Source of the DNA: the human T2T-CHM13v2.0 reference genome, Homo sapiens
DNA: 64,000 nucleotides
Direction: 5' to 3' (one strand)
Assembly (NCBI RefSeq): GCF_009914755.1
Contig: NC_060930.1
Shown here: positions 45,882-60,232 of the stretch, piece by piece
Layout of the letters: every line of letters begins with the position of its first letter
Position numbering within the stretch: the first letter of the stretch is position 1
Translations under genes and position numbers: made by a program
Notes under the pieces: generated by a model
Databases searched by the model: none
Seen by the model: only the letters and a program-made list of their open reading frames with translations
What the model was told of the DNA's origin: nothing

Positions 45882-45961
<80 letters not shown>
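45882..45961. repeat. compound (TG)n(AG)n microsatellite
   Basis: About 22 TG units followed by about 17 AG units. Confidence 0.97.
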
Positions 45962-47337
45962 GAGGGGTGGAGAAAGGGAGCAAGCAGTCCCCCCTTTATG
46001 TATGATTCTTAGAGGTGTTACAGGATGCAGTAACCATGAGGACTCTGGTGTTGCACAGAAGTTGAATTCTTACTTGGAAAGTTTAGGTCTGGGACGGAAG
46101 GGTGACAGAAAAAGGTTAAGGTTACCCACACTCTATCAGTGGTAGTTATCAATGAGTGACTGTTGGTAGACAGCAAGCAAATGATACTGGGGTAAGAAGG
46201 TTCTGGATATGAAAGAACTAGGTAAGATTGCAAATGTAGTCTCTCTATAAACCAGATACTCAAAAGCAAATGTTTAAAGCAGCGTATAAGTAACTGGGTT
46301 GTCCATAACTATTTCAGAAATGGCTACAATTACTCAAATCCCAGGTCTTTAAAAATTCCAAAGGAACAGCAAGGGCCACATAAAGAGGAAAATCTGCAAA
46401 ATGGTAGGGTGGTACCTGAGTTAGCAAATGGGAACTTGAGCTCTTCTTTACTATAAAATTTTTTTCTTTTTTCACAGAGTGCCGAGAGTATTAGCAGACC
46501 TTTAATGCATTTGGAAGTGACACCATATTAATCATGTGGATTTCACTTTCTGTCATGAGTTCTATACATTTTGGCTTGAAATCAGTCATCAGTGTGATAT
46601 TCAGAGGTTTACTACATCTCATTCATACCTTTATTTTTTTTCTAGCCCTCTCACCCGGGTTTCATCTGAGTGACTAGAAGTGGCGTTTATTTATTGACTG
46701 TGGAGGTTAACTTACACTGATGGATGATTGCAGTCCATTTTCCACTAAGCGAGTATTACATGAAATGAGTATTGTTGACCACATTTTATTTTCTCTTGTG
46801 GAATTAACTCAATAGTCTGTAAGTCCTTAAAAGTAGTTTTTGTGGGGTAAGTCTCTTCCTTTTCCCATAGTGATTTGATAGGAAGACTGAGTGAAAAACA
46901 ATAGTTGTCTTGTATATTTGAAACGTAAGGAAAATTATGTGGATACTCAAGCATTAAATTCAAATCAGTAAATGGGGCTGCCCTCTTTGGTATGTTGGTA
47001 AACATGTTTTATTATTAGCTTGAGAAGGAAATGCCTGGTATAGTGACTAAGACTGTAATAGGGAAAGAGAACTACTTTTCTGGAGCAGTAAAAGTTTTGA
47101 CTAATATAGATGATCAGTGTTTGTGAATTTTACGTTGGTATGTGTTTTTGGTCATTGGTAACTTAACAGAAAAGTATATGTCAAGAGAAAGAATAGTTTA
47201 TAGCTCTTTGGACATAGGAGGGAAACGTGATACCTTTTCATCTTTCTGAATGAAAGATGATGATTCCTGATCTCAAGTCTTCATTTTACAGGTATTTTAC
47301 CATTATTACCAACATGTTACTTGAAGAGTAATGAAGA

Positions 47338-47631
47338 GGCCGGGTGCAGTGGCTCATGCCTGTAATCCCAGCACTTTGGGAGGCCGAGGTGGGCAGATCA
47401 CCTAAGGTCAGGAGTTCGAGACCAGCCTGGCCAACGTGCTGAAACCCCATCTCTACTAAAAATACAAAAATTAGTTGGGCGTGGTGGCGTGCGCCTGTAA
47501 TCCCAGCGACTCAGGAGGCTGAGACAGGAGAATCGCCTGAACCTGGGAAGCGGAGTTGCAGTGAGCTGAGATTGCGCCACTGCACTCCATCCTGGGCGAC
47601 AGAGCGAGACTCTGTCTTGGGAAAAAAAAAA
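47338..47631 (+). mobile_element. Alu (AluSx-like)
   Basis: TSD AAGAGTAA(T/G)GAAGA. Confidence 0.95.
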
Positions 47632-47914
47632 GAGTAAGGAAGAGAAAGCTTTCCATTGTTGACTTAGTAGTTCAAAGCCTAATGGTGTTTTTGCCTTGAT
47701 AATCAGGAAGATTTATTCCTATGCTTTATATTGATTGTGGTCACTGTACTTTCTTTTACATGTTTTCTTACTTTGCTAGATTTGTTAATTTTTACGGTGA
47801 CCCACTTTTAGTTAAGTGAGAATTTCTTTCTAAATCAGGCTGTCCATTGCCTAGGATAGCCAACCTTAAGGCAAAGGATAACATATAACCTCATTTTGTA
47901 TCTGTTTATTGTGA

Positions 47915-48227
<313 letters not shown>

Positions 48228-48449
48228 CAGGTGGTTATTTTTCAAAGTGAGCAATGGTTATTAAGTTAAATGACACAGGATTTTGAGTAAATTCGAAGTT
48301 ATGCCAGGAATTATAATCCTAATTGATAATTTATAAAGGTAGCCTACAGAATTTTAGGTCTTACTGTGACAAACTAGTAGCAACTGGTTCCTCGACCAGC
48401 TTTCTGGTGGAATGTGTGATGATGATGTAAGGCATTCATCCTATAGGTA

Positions 48450-48603
48450 GCGCACCTCGAACTTGAACATTCATAGGCATCACCTGGGGATCTTGTTGAA
48501 ATGTTGCACATTCTGGGGTTCATTCTGTTTCAGGCAGGGCCTGAGGGTGTGCCTTTCAGATAAGCTCCCAAGTATGCTACTGCTTTGCCTTGAGTAGCAA
48601 GGC
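48450..48603. mobile_element. MER5A-like hAT-Charlie relic
   Basis: ATCACCTGGGGATCTTGTTGAAATG..GGGCCTGAG..AAGCTCCC..TTGAGTAGCAAGG. Confidence 0.7.
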
Positions 48604-49117
48604 TATGGGCAGTAATCCTGCACGGGCAGTGTGGCTGGCCAGAGGCTTATTGCCTCTCATGCAAAGCCACTTAACTCCTGGCCTTCCCTCTTTGGTGGGT
48701 GCTTTTTAAGCCTTAGGGCTTCTTTAAAGTCCAACATTTTTGTTCATAGGCTTTCTATACATTTATTGGAAGCACTGTTTAATATGCTTCTCACCTCTTT
48801 GCCCAGCCAAATAATACCCAATGTGAGAAGAGTTGCTCCTCCTTTGTTATTATTTCAACAATGTGATTAAACAATTTGGGAATGCTTTGAATACTGACCT
48901 CCGCTCCCAAGGACAAAACCCAAACTCAATCACTATTAAACAAAACAAGCTTGTTGAACAAGGAAATAGAAGTTTTCAACAATTTGACAGTGGTATTTCA
49001 GGTGCAGAGGTTACTGTTTGTATTATTAGTGTAAGGTGCCTTCTTTTTAGTTCACCTGGGCGAATCCTGGCTGCAAGTTTAATAATCGGTAATCTTGAAA
49101 CCAGCATTAAACCCAGG

Positions 49118-49340
49118 GCATAATTTAGTGGTTGGGAGCACTGGGTTGAGACCTCAACAACAGTGATAATTCGTTTAAGCTGTGTGACTCTAGGCACGTT
49201 GCTTATGTTCTCTGGGCCTCTGTTTCTTCAGCTGAGAGATAATCACAGTCTCAACCTTGGTCTGGGTTGCTGTGGGGATTAAAGGAGGTAATAAATGTCA
49301 ACTGCTGTAAACAGTCCTAGAGTAAGTGCAGGTGATAGTG
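49118..49340 (+). mobile_element. MIR
   Basis: AGTGGTTGGGAGCACTGG..GCTGTGTGACTCTAGGCA..CTCTGGGCCTCTGTTTCTTCA. Confidence 0.75.
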
Positions 49341-49507
49341 GCTACTCCCGCTAATAACCAGCCTTGATAACCAGCTGAGGGCGCAGGGCTCAGGAGCCTC
49401 AGGATCAGCTGCCCATCTCGCTGCGCAGCCTCAGTTGTCCCAGCCTCCTTTTGCTCCTTTTCCTCCCTCCTGGAGCTGGTGGTAGAGAATGGACATAATT
49501 TGCTGAT

Positions 49508-49533
49508 CCCCCCCCCCCCCCCCCCGCCCACCC
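49508..49533. repeat. poly-C tract (C18)
   Basis: Direct reading. Confidence 0.92.
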
Positions 49534-51408
49534 ACTGTAACTTGGTTAGTTAAACCTGCACTTTTTGGTAAAATCTGGAGAGGTGATAATTTATTCACTT
49601 TTTTTAGAGGACTCTAAAGCCAGAGGATTCTAAGCCTCCAGGCCACCTCTCCCAGTCCGTCCAAGTTGCAGACACCAGAGAGCAGCCAGCTCATGGTTAC
49701 AGTCCTTCTCTGAAGCAGCCAGACAATCATCGGAAGGCCCTTCACAGACTCCCATATCTAGATGAGTGATGCTTTACTTTTGACCTTTGTAGCATGGCCT
49801 TTCCCCCTCTAACCCTTTAATCATCTCTTTAAAAAAATCAATCAACAAATATTTATTGAACGTTTCCTTGTAGGCTTTAAAATCCACCCATAGGCTGCTC
49901 TGTGACTCTTAAGGATTTCTGCCCTGCATCCAGAGAGAATGCAGTAGCTCTGGCCAATTTACTTAGTATCTGCTTTCTTAGATTATGAGCATTTTCTGTT
50001 TTTCCTGGGAGTCCATGGGTGTGTCCAGTGCTGGCAGGGGGCACCATCAGGTTGCAAGGTTGAGGTGGTGCATCTTATCTGCTTGGTGAGGTGCAGGGAG
50101 GGGTGGAGCAGCTGTTTCCAGCATGTGTTTCGCTCTCTTTATTGGCCCTTTCAGCTGACTGCTTTTTACAACCAGTTATGATGGAACATTTAAGACTTGT
50201 TTTGGGGTCACCACAACCAAGTTTTCTCTTCTCACTGATTGGCAGGAGGGGTGCCCACTGGGAGCCAGCACAAGTCTGGGATTTTTTGGTTGGACAGGGT
50301 TTCTTGCCTGCAGTTTCCAGCTGGTAAATGAGCCTGGGCTTGAGGAAGTTGTCAAAGGCCTTCCATCTTTTAAATCTTGGCCATGTAGCTGGTATTGTTG
50401 AAGAAAACGTGAAGAAGGATTTTAAGAAATGGCCATTGAAGATTGATGTTGGCCGGTCATCCTGCACACTGTCCCTCCTTTATGTAGCGTAATGCAGGAT
50501 TTCTTATTCAGAGAGCAACTCCGCTGTGGGCCTACCCCAGGAGAAAAGGGTGCAGGGAGGGTGCTGGCTCTGGCTAATTCTGTCACTCCACTTTGGAGAG
50601 GGGAAAAGCCTCCTGAGCAGCTGAATGCCTTTGGTTGTTTCCAGTTTTCGCCACGCTAAATTTCATTCCCCATCCTCCTCCTCTTGCCCTACAACATAGC
50701 TTAGCTTAGAGTTAAAATTGGTTTCATTCTTTAGTGCTGTTTCTTTCTCTTCTTGTTTGCATTTGTGGATGAGTTTAGATTCAAACTAGAATGTGGTTCT
50801 GATGTGTGAGTAAAAGCACCTCATTTTCCCCTAACCACAGCCTCATCACTGGGTACTTGGCAGAAGCAGACACCATTGTTGACTGAAAATAAATGGAGTT
50901 CAAGGGGTCTTCAGGGTTCTTGGCCTTGATTCCTCCCCACCCCCATCTCTTTGGAGCACCCCTCCAATATCTAATTGTTAACATTCTGTGTGTGAGAGAT
51001 GTATTATGTATTAACTGTTTAAATAAAGTCCTGTGAATTCCTTGGACAGTGTATTATGAATTTACAAGGGAGTTCACTATATCTTTAGGTATTTGTGTTA
51101 TATGCATTATCTTACCCATTAATACATTATTCTGAACTTTTGTAAGGAAATAGTTTTCTACTATTCATCTGTGGTTTTGGTTACAGTTTTTAAAATGCAG
51201 AGACAAATTTCAGTTCCATTTCTGGTGGCCCACTTGTGGGACCAAATCTATCTTTCTAAACGTCAGATTTTTAGAAGCTCTACCAGCAATCCTCGAGGCT
51301 TACAGTTTTCCCGGGTTTCTGTTGGCAAGTAACTTCAGCTTTTCGTACTTTGAGATCACAAGTGGCAGACGCTCTTAAGTGCGTCACAGTTAGGTTGTTA
51401 AGATTTGA

Positions 51409-51923
<515 letters not shown>

Positions 51924-52074
51924 TAAACTTAATTTTTAGGTACTTAAAAATTTTTTTTGACTTTTGTTAAAACCTAGGAGTAAAACACAAGGGGCAAGTG
52001 GAGTGAAGGAAAATGGAAGGTGGGGAAATAGGCAGCTTATTTTTTTTCCTGACCTTACCCATTGTACTTTGAAG

Positions 52075-52152
52075 TTAATATATATATTTTATATTAATTA
52101 CATTATTATATATAATCAATTATATTAATGTATATTATATATATATTTTTAA
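52075..52152. repeat. AT-rich low complexity
   Basis: Degenerate (TA)n. Confidence 0.8.
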
Positions 52153-52166
52153 CATTAAAAAATTTA

Positions 52167-52709
<543 letters not shown>

Positions 52710-54574
52710 TCCCAGTTTTGTTTTGTTTTTAGTACATTGCAATTAATGTTTACATTCAAACTTTAAAATTCCTTGGATCTTTGTTTTCGGGATGGGGTTG
52801 TGGTTCTTCTCCCCCACCAGAAAATGTGATTTAGCTGCCTCATTTTTGGTATTTTTCTTCTCTGATGACTTACCTCTATTGAAAACTTTGTAGTCTGTGG
52901 GGAGAAATTTTGTATGTTTCTGTACTTCAGCTACTAGGTTCTCCCTTTACTTATGTGATTAGTTTAATTTAAGATTTATTACTAGGAGCTCATGAGAAAT
53001 ATGTTCATTGCCCAAATTTGCTAGGATAGCAGAGCCTAGTTTCATCTAATTTGCAGAGTTCATTCTCATGCATAATTCATCGGTCCAAGAAATACAGACT
53101 CCCAGCCAGCGTAGCTTAAAACTTAATGATTTTCTCAGGAGCCAGTCAGGTGTCAACTAAAACAAGCACTTGATAAGCTATAGACCCTGACATGGTTTTG
53201 TTCTGCTCAAAACTTTCGAGTTTCCATTCTAATCTTGATGCACAGAATGGTTGGTAACGGTTCTTCCTCCTTAAATTTTTCTGGTTTTCTGAAAGGGTGC
53301 AGGGAATACCCTCACCCCTTAGCAGCTTCTAGTCCTCTTCCTTAATCCTTTACCTGTTTTCTCATTATTATACTAGTGAATTTTGTTTAATTCCTTTGTG
53401 CTGGTTTGGAACAAGTGCCATGTTAAATATCATTTCTATGATGGAGTGCATTCTAGGTTTTAAACTGCAGGTTTATAAATGAACTTTTAGAAGGTGGGCG
53501 ATTTGAAAGTGATTCTGTGTGGAAATAGAAGCCAGAGGGGCCAGATTCAAAGGCCATCTGGATCTGGAGCCTCATTTATTGTCACCAAGAACTGGATGTT
53601 TGTGCTGTTTGTCATTTCCCTCAACTCAGCCTCTCTAAGGATAATGGCTTTTCACAGAAGCCTAAATGTAATGCTTTCTTCATTCCCTTACTTCCCTTTA
53701 AAATCTTGCATATAAACATTGATAGAAATCCAGAAAGAGAGAGTCCTGTTTTCTCCCCTGTGGTTAAATAGTGACGGTTGATCTACTGAATACCTTCCTT
53801 CCTTAAAAACAACGAGATTAGGTAATTACAGCAAATGTGGTCATTAGCCTCATCTGCTCTTATTATCTTATTATGTATTTGTTACTGTGAGAGCCAAAAG
53901 ATGTGAGGATAAGCCAGACTCTCCCTACTTTGAAAAGACAGGAATTGTAAAAACACGTGGTCACTAATGGAATCTGCAGTTTGATCCACCATGACTTTTG
54001 CTTACTGGTGAAATTGGTTTTCTTATATTTTGTCAACAGTAAATAGGCTGTGTGCTTGGATAATAGTTAGGCTAATATAGGAAAATTTAATCATGGCTTT
54101 TCTCAAGTTTAATTTGAAAGAGTGCAGTGGGGAAGTCCCCTGCAGGGTGGAAATCGTAGTAGTTGAACATGAGTGACCTTTTTGGTTGACTGACTGCCCT
54201 TCCTGTGAAGCTGGCCCAATATCTTTCCCCTGTCAGGATTACTTCCTGTCTCAGCCTGAATAGTTTAAGTAGCTGCAAGATTGATGTTGGATATCTCTGG
54301 GAAAATTCCATTCTCTTGAATTTAGCTGACAGAGTACCTCTTTCATTTCTTTCATTGTGTTCCATTTTTGACCTCGGAAGGAACTAAACATTATTTCTCA
54401 TCCAACAGACTCATTGTTCATCATCTTTGGGCTTAAAAATCCTGTGTTCCCTCAGTTATTTCTTTTATGAAGGTTTCAGGTGCCTCATTATTCTCTATGT
54501 GGAGACTGTGTTAGTGTCTTTAAAAATCGACATTCCATGTTTTAAGCATCTAGTATACATTATAAGTAGTGTGA

Positions 54575-54830
54575 TATTTTGCATCCATTTCACTCAGCCA
54601 CCCTGCTTCTAGGAATTTGGCCACAAGGATGTGTAGTAAGTATTTTACTGTGTATCCCAGTGAAAAATGGAAACCAATAGGGGATTGGTTAAATTATGGA
54701 ACGTCTGTTCCGTGCAGTCATTAAAATGAAATGGTAGCAAGAATGTTGACTGACATAAAATAAGTGAAAAAAGCAAGTGAGAAAACAGTATTTACAGTTT
54801 AATTTTTTTGTCTTATCTTGGAAAATTTAG
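54575..54830 (+). mobile_element. L1ME-like 3' fragment
   Basis: CTTCTAGGAATTT..AAAAATGGAAACC..GATTGGTTAAATTATGG..TAAGTGAAAAAAGCAAG. Confidence 0.6.
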
Positions 54831-54833
54831 TAA

Positions 54834-54908
54834 ATATATGTATACATATAATATATAAAGCATACATATATAAACGTGTGTGTGTGTGTGTATATATATA
54901 TATGTATG
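54834..54908. repeat. (TA)n/(TG)n microsatellite
   Basis: Direct reading. Confidence 0.85.
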
Positions 54909-56502
54909 CTTTGACAAATGAAGTGGTGGTGTAGGCACAGGTGGGAGGGGCAACTAATCCACACTGAGGGATGACAGAAGGCTTGAAGGACAGGGATTAG
55001 CCAGGTGAAGATGGGATTGGCCAGTAGTGTGTTCCAAAGTGAAAGTGGAAAGCCCAGAGGTGAGAAGTGGCTTGGAAGAGTTTAGGAAGAGGGATGGATG
55101 CTCAGGAGATAAGGCTTATCTATATTTTCTCCAGGAAACGTGTATTACTCTGTAATAAACAAAAAAAATGGTACCTAGAAAGCTTCTTCTTCCAAAGAAG
55201 AAAGTCAAGGAAGCAGCAGGAAAACAGATTGCTTTGTTGCTTTAAGGCTGTGGATTTTGGACTCTTAATGAGATTAAGGCCAGGGAGGCTTTCCCAGGTT
55301 GGCTGGATGGGCTGGGGCTGGGTGTCTCTGGTGAAACAGATGAATTCCAGATAGGTAATTTAATTTCCAGAGGTGCCGCACAAATGCCTTTGCCTCCTGC
55401 TACTGGTTAGAGCAAAACAAGCATGTGATTTATGTAAAAATACATGAATATTAGTTTTTATCAAAACCCTGCAGAAGAAAAACAGTAGAAAAAATGATAC
55501 TTCCTGCCATAGCCTCTTTGTGGAATGAAATTAAGAAAATCAATATTCTTTACAAATGACTAGTCACAGTGGAACTGGTCTGTTGAACCTACCCTTTGTA
55601 GATAGCATTAATACATCACCCTCTCCCACATTACTCCAACCATAACAGAAATAGTGATTTACATAGGAAAATGCGAGCTGAATTAAACAAGGATGGCCCT
55701 GAATTCTGCTGTAGGGATTCTTAAGATGGCACAAGCTAGGCTGTGAATGCCTTGGCCTCCCCTCTTCTCCCCTGTTTCTGGGTCATGCTCCCCTCTGGAT
55801 TTCTTGCTGGGTAGTTCTGGAGGGAAGGGGATGCCCTTCTACATAAGCATCTGCAGGTGCAGAGATGGGATGGGCCTAAGTGTTCTGAGATCTTCCAGGA
55901 GATGGGATTTCAATCTCCAGAATTCCCATCCCCGCTTGGCTCTTTGGTGGCCCAGTTCTGGAAGTTGAGATTTAGACCAAGATTATAGTCTTAAAATAAA
56001 TCTTGGATGTGACTCCTGCCAGGATGACTTGTAAATAATTTCGTGCCAGAAACCGAGCTGACTTTGGTTTGTGGGCTGGAGGTGGCTGATTCCAACTCTG
56101 GGAATTCATTCTAATTTTTGGTGCCCTGTTCACCCTGAGTTGTCTTCTCACGGCTGCCTGCCCAGTCCCTGTGTGGGAATGGGAACCGTCATAGAGTGAA
56201 TATGAGGACTTCACATCCTTTGGGATGCGGGTATTTTAGTTCCAGGGCTAACATGGCACGTTGGCAGTGAGATAGTTGCTATAATAATTCTCTAATAAGC
56301 TGTTGGTCTCAGAGACCCTTCCGCGTGGCGTATCAATGGGGCTTGTGACAGTAGGAGTTGGGATCTTAGAGGATTCATATCACCCTTGCTCCTAATCCAG
56401 TAACCCCTAGCAGTGCCCATCACCAGCCTCACACCACCTTGTACCAGTCTTGGGCATGGTGAGTCTCTCTGGTACACTTTTACATTAGAAAAAGTCTGAA
56501 GA

Positions 56503-56802
56503 GGCTGGGCACGGTGGCTCATGCCTGTAATCCCAAAACTTTGGGAGGCCAAGGCGGGCTGATTACCTGTGGTTGGGAGTTCGAGACTAGCCTGACCAAC
56601 ATGGAGAAACCCCATCTCTACTAAAAATACAAAATTAGCCAGGCATGGTGGCGCATGCCTGTAATCCCAGCTACATGGGAAGGCTGAGGCAGGAGAATCG
56701 CTTGAACCTGGGAGGCGGAGTTTGCGGTGAGCCGAGATCGCGCCATTGTACTCCAGCCTGGGCAACAAGAGCGAAACTCCGTCTCAAGAAAGAAAGAAAA
56801 AG
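56503..56802 (+). mobile_element. Alu (AluSp)
   Basis: CTGACCAACATGGAGAAACC; TSD AGAAAAAGTCTGAAGA. Confidence 0.95.
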
Positions 56803-57276
56803 AAAAAGTCTGAAGACTTGTGAGCAAGCCTTTTCTCTCCCACAGGTAAATATTCGATCTGCCTTTCTGCACAATACAAAAGCAAAGTCCTTAACACAAG
56901 CCACAGATGGCACTCTGATTCGGCTTGCAAAAAAGGTAACTGTTTTTTTTTTTTCTTTTTTCTTGTAATATTTTCCTTAAAAAATTTTTTTCCTCTTAAT
57001 ACCCTAAGCCCCAAAAGGGAGTTTGTATTGTAAAATATTCTTTAATAAGTCACTTTTAACTACGTGAAACTGGGGGAAATTTTCCACATTTGGACCAGGT
57101 CCCTGGATTGTATTGCCAGAGGTGTGGCTTTTGGCATTAACTTTTATTTAATTTGGATGGCTACTTTCTAGAGAAATCAATTTAACCTAAAAAATTGTCA
57201 TAGCTCATTCTACATATGCACCCCTACTGTTCTAGATTTAAAAAACAAAAACAAAAGCTTTCTAAGTCAGTTTTGA

Positions 57277-57559
57277 TTTTGAGACGGAGTCTTGCCCTGT
57301 CACCCAGGCTGGAGTGCAGTGGTGCGATCTTGGCTCACTGCAGCCTTCACCTCCCAGGTTCAAGCAGTTCCCTTCCTCAGCCTCCCAATTAGCTGGGATT
57401 ACAGGCGTTTGCCACCACGCCTGGCTAATTTTTGTATTTTTAGTAGAGACAGGGTTTCACTGTCTTGGCCAGGCTGGGCTCGAACTCCTGACCTCGTGAT
57501 CCACCCGCCTCGGCCTCCCAAAGTGCTGGGGTTACAGGCGTGAGCCACCATGCCCGGCC
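57277..57559 (-). mobile_element. Alu (AluSg-like)
   Basis: TSD TCAGTTT(T/G)GATTTT. Confidence 0.94.
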
Positions 57560-57574
57560 TCAGTTTGGATTTTT

Positions 57575-57890
57575 AAAAAACCAATCTTATTGAAGTAAAA
57601 TTTATACATGCAGCCATTTCAGGTGTACACTGTGATAACTTATGACAACTGCACACATCTGGGTATTACCATCCCATCAATATATGCACCTCCTGTCACC
57701 CGAGAAAGCTCCCTTGTGCTCCTGTCCTGTGCCCCCATGCCAGCGCCGACCTGCCTTCTTGCACTGTAGATTAGCTTTGCCTGTTGTAAATGCCATATAG
57801 ATGGAAGCACTTTTGTGTCTACATCCCTTCACTTTGCTTTGAGATTCATCCAGGCTGTGTGTATGGTTTGTTCCTTCCTGTTATGGTTCA
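57575..57890 (-). mobile_element. L1ME-like 3' fragment
   Basis: TTATTGAAGTAAAATTTATA..TAGATTAGCTTTGCCTGTT..TTTGAGATTCATCCA. Confidence 0.7.
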
Positions 57891-59599
57891 GTAGTCTCCT
57901 CTCTTTCTGTCTTTCTGTGTTCTTCCTGTGACTCACTCATTGTCTGTGTTTCTTTTTTTCCCTGTAAGCCTGGCCTGGTCCTTTCGTGATTCCCTGTAGT
58001 CTTTTTCTCAAGTGGGCATTAAAGCAACCTTATCTTTCACACACACTGAAAGAACCTAGTAACTGAGAGATGATCCAGCCAGATTCTGCCCTTACCTTTA
58101 CCCCTCACCACCCCACTAGGGGACAAAACAAGCAAATATACTGACTGACCCAAGCCTTGTTGTTCCGACGAAAACACTGGAGTTCAGCATCTTTCCCGCA
58201 AACCGAGCTGCAGCCTCCAGTTTCAGAATAGTGCCTTCCATAAAATCTGTGGGAGTTTTCCGTTTATGTTGCTTGTTTTTAAACAATCTTCTTGGAAAAG
58301 AATTCAGTGCTGTTAATGGATTGCCGTCGGAGCTTTTTTTACATTACACCTGTCCTCTGCTTCCTGATCTCCTTTTGATGGTTAGGGAGAATATGTTGAC
58401 TTAGAATAGCAAGGAGCCATGGCACCCCAAGGAAACAGGAAAAATCTCAGTTTTCATGGATGAGAAAGTCCCATTCTATTGTCTGTGTGTGCCTGAGTAT
58501 GTACACTGTAACATCTCATTTTTAGTTGTATGAAGAAAGCGCTGTGGCTGAGAACCAGTGTTTGGAGGTTGGGGTAGGGTAGCCTGGGTTCATAGTCACT
58601 ACATATCCCAGCTCCCCAAGCCCTAGGAGGTACTGCACAAGCAGTACAGACAGGGTCTTGCATTTGTGCCTCTTCACTGGTGACTTCCCATTTTGAAGAG
58701 TGCCAGCTTTTCTGGGAAGTCTGCTGCCAACACTGAGCCGAGCCAGGGTTGCTGTTCACATCTAAGCAGGCTGTTGGTGCCGCGGCAGCATGCTGTCCTT
58801 GAGAGCACTGTGGAATTTGCAGTGTGCCGTACAGATTCAGAAATGGTGTATGTTTCTTGTGGCATTAGTGTTTTGACTTGCAAATCTGGAAAAGAACAGG
58901 AAGTCTTGGTGGAAACACTCTCTGGCTGATGTATAGAAACCTGTGGAGTTAACTGCATTTTAAGCACCAATTATTAGAAAATGAATTTCTTCTTACTTGG
59001 GGAGATTTCTTTCAGATCTTAAATACATTTGTCATCTAAACCTCTTCTCCTAGGGGCAGATGATCCCTGCCTTGGGCCTAGGAGAGTAGACATTGGTAAT
59101 TACCTTTGGCCTGTGTCTCCCCAAATATCCTTATACCTTCTGCTGGCCCATGGCTGTCTAGAAGCCCTCATGGAGGTGCTGCTTTTGTTTTTATCTCTTC
59201 ATTTGGGGAGAGGATACTGCATCTGGACCCAAGGCCCAAGGTGTCCTGATGTTGAGTCCTTCCAATTCTGGGTAGCCATGAACAGTGATGCTGTTCATAG
59301 ATAAGGTCAAAGGGACGGGCTTAAGGTTAAGCTCAGTTAGTGGATGGCAGAGGCTGTATTCAAATTAATCTTGATCCACTCTGCAGGTTGCTGTGGCTCC
59401 TGTTTCCCCCACTCCTGTGGTCTCCTGCTGTGATTCTGTCAAATTACCCATTTATTTATAACATTTGCCACTACTTCAAATACTTTGTTATTTATGTGGT
59501 TTTGGCTTTCTCTGCTAGAATATAAAGTAATACAATAATTTAAAAAAATGAAGAGCAAGACTCTTTTTGTTCTTGAGGTGAATCTTCTTGCTTATAAAT

Positions 59600-59665
59600 T
59601 TACCCCAAGCACCTGGAACAGTGCCTGGCATGTGGTACTTAAGTATTTGTTAAAATAATGAATAA
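59600..59665 (+). mobile_element. L2 3' end
   Basis: CCCCAAGCACCTGGAACAGTGCCTGGCATGTGG..AAGTATTTGTTAAAATAATGAAT. Confidence 0.7.
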
Positions 59666-60125
59666 TAAGTAAACGGCATTTTGAAAGTTGCTGTCATTCA
59701 AATTATGATTTGTGGTGTTAGAGTTCTTATAGGCAGGGCTTAGTTTTAATAAATGACATTGAGAGCTAGTTATAAATCATACATTAGACATAGTTTAATC
59801 AGTTTGGTGCTTGTGTATAGAAGCGGACAGAACCCTGGAGATACAGTTGAGGCCTCTTCAGTGAGAGGAGGGAGGAAACTTGCCTTGGAACAGTGTCACA
59901 GACAATCCATGGTACATAGATGCCAGAGGTAGACACTGTAGGTTAGGGAAGGTTTGGGGACTGTGAAATGAATGGGCAGCAATAATTAGTGAAATATTAT
60001 AAATTGCCTTTATTACTGTTGGTTTCCCGACTGCTTCAGTAAAACCAAAAAATACGCACATACTTAGCCTGATGTGTTTAGTTGGGGTTGCCGTTATAGA
60101 AAAGCCTTTCAGAAGATACAGAAGA

Positions 60126-60232
60126 GTGATCCTTTCAGCAGCACATATACTAAAATTGGAATGATACAGAGAAGATTAGCATGGCCTGTATGCAAGTATG
60201 ACACAGAAATTTGTGAAGCATTCCATATTTTT
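60126..60232 (+). pseudogene. U6 snRNA pseudogene (RNU6-type), full length
   Basis: Colinear 107-nt match to U6 (GCAGCACATATACTAAAATTGGAA.GATACAGAGAAGATTAGCATGGCC..TTCCATATTTTT) with about 14 substitutions, several at CpG. Confidence 0.95.
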
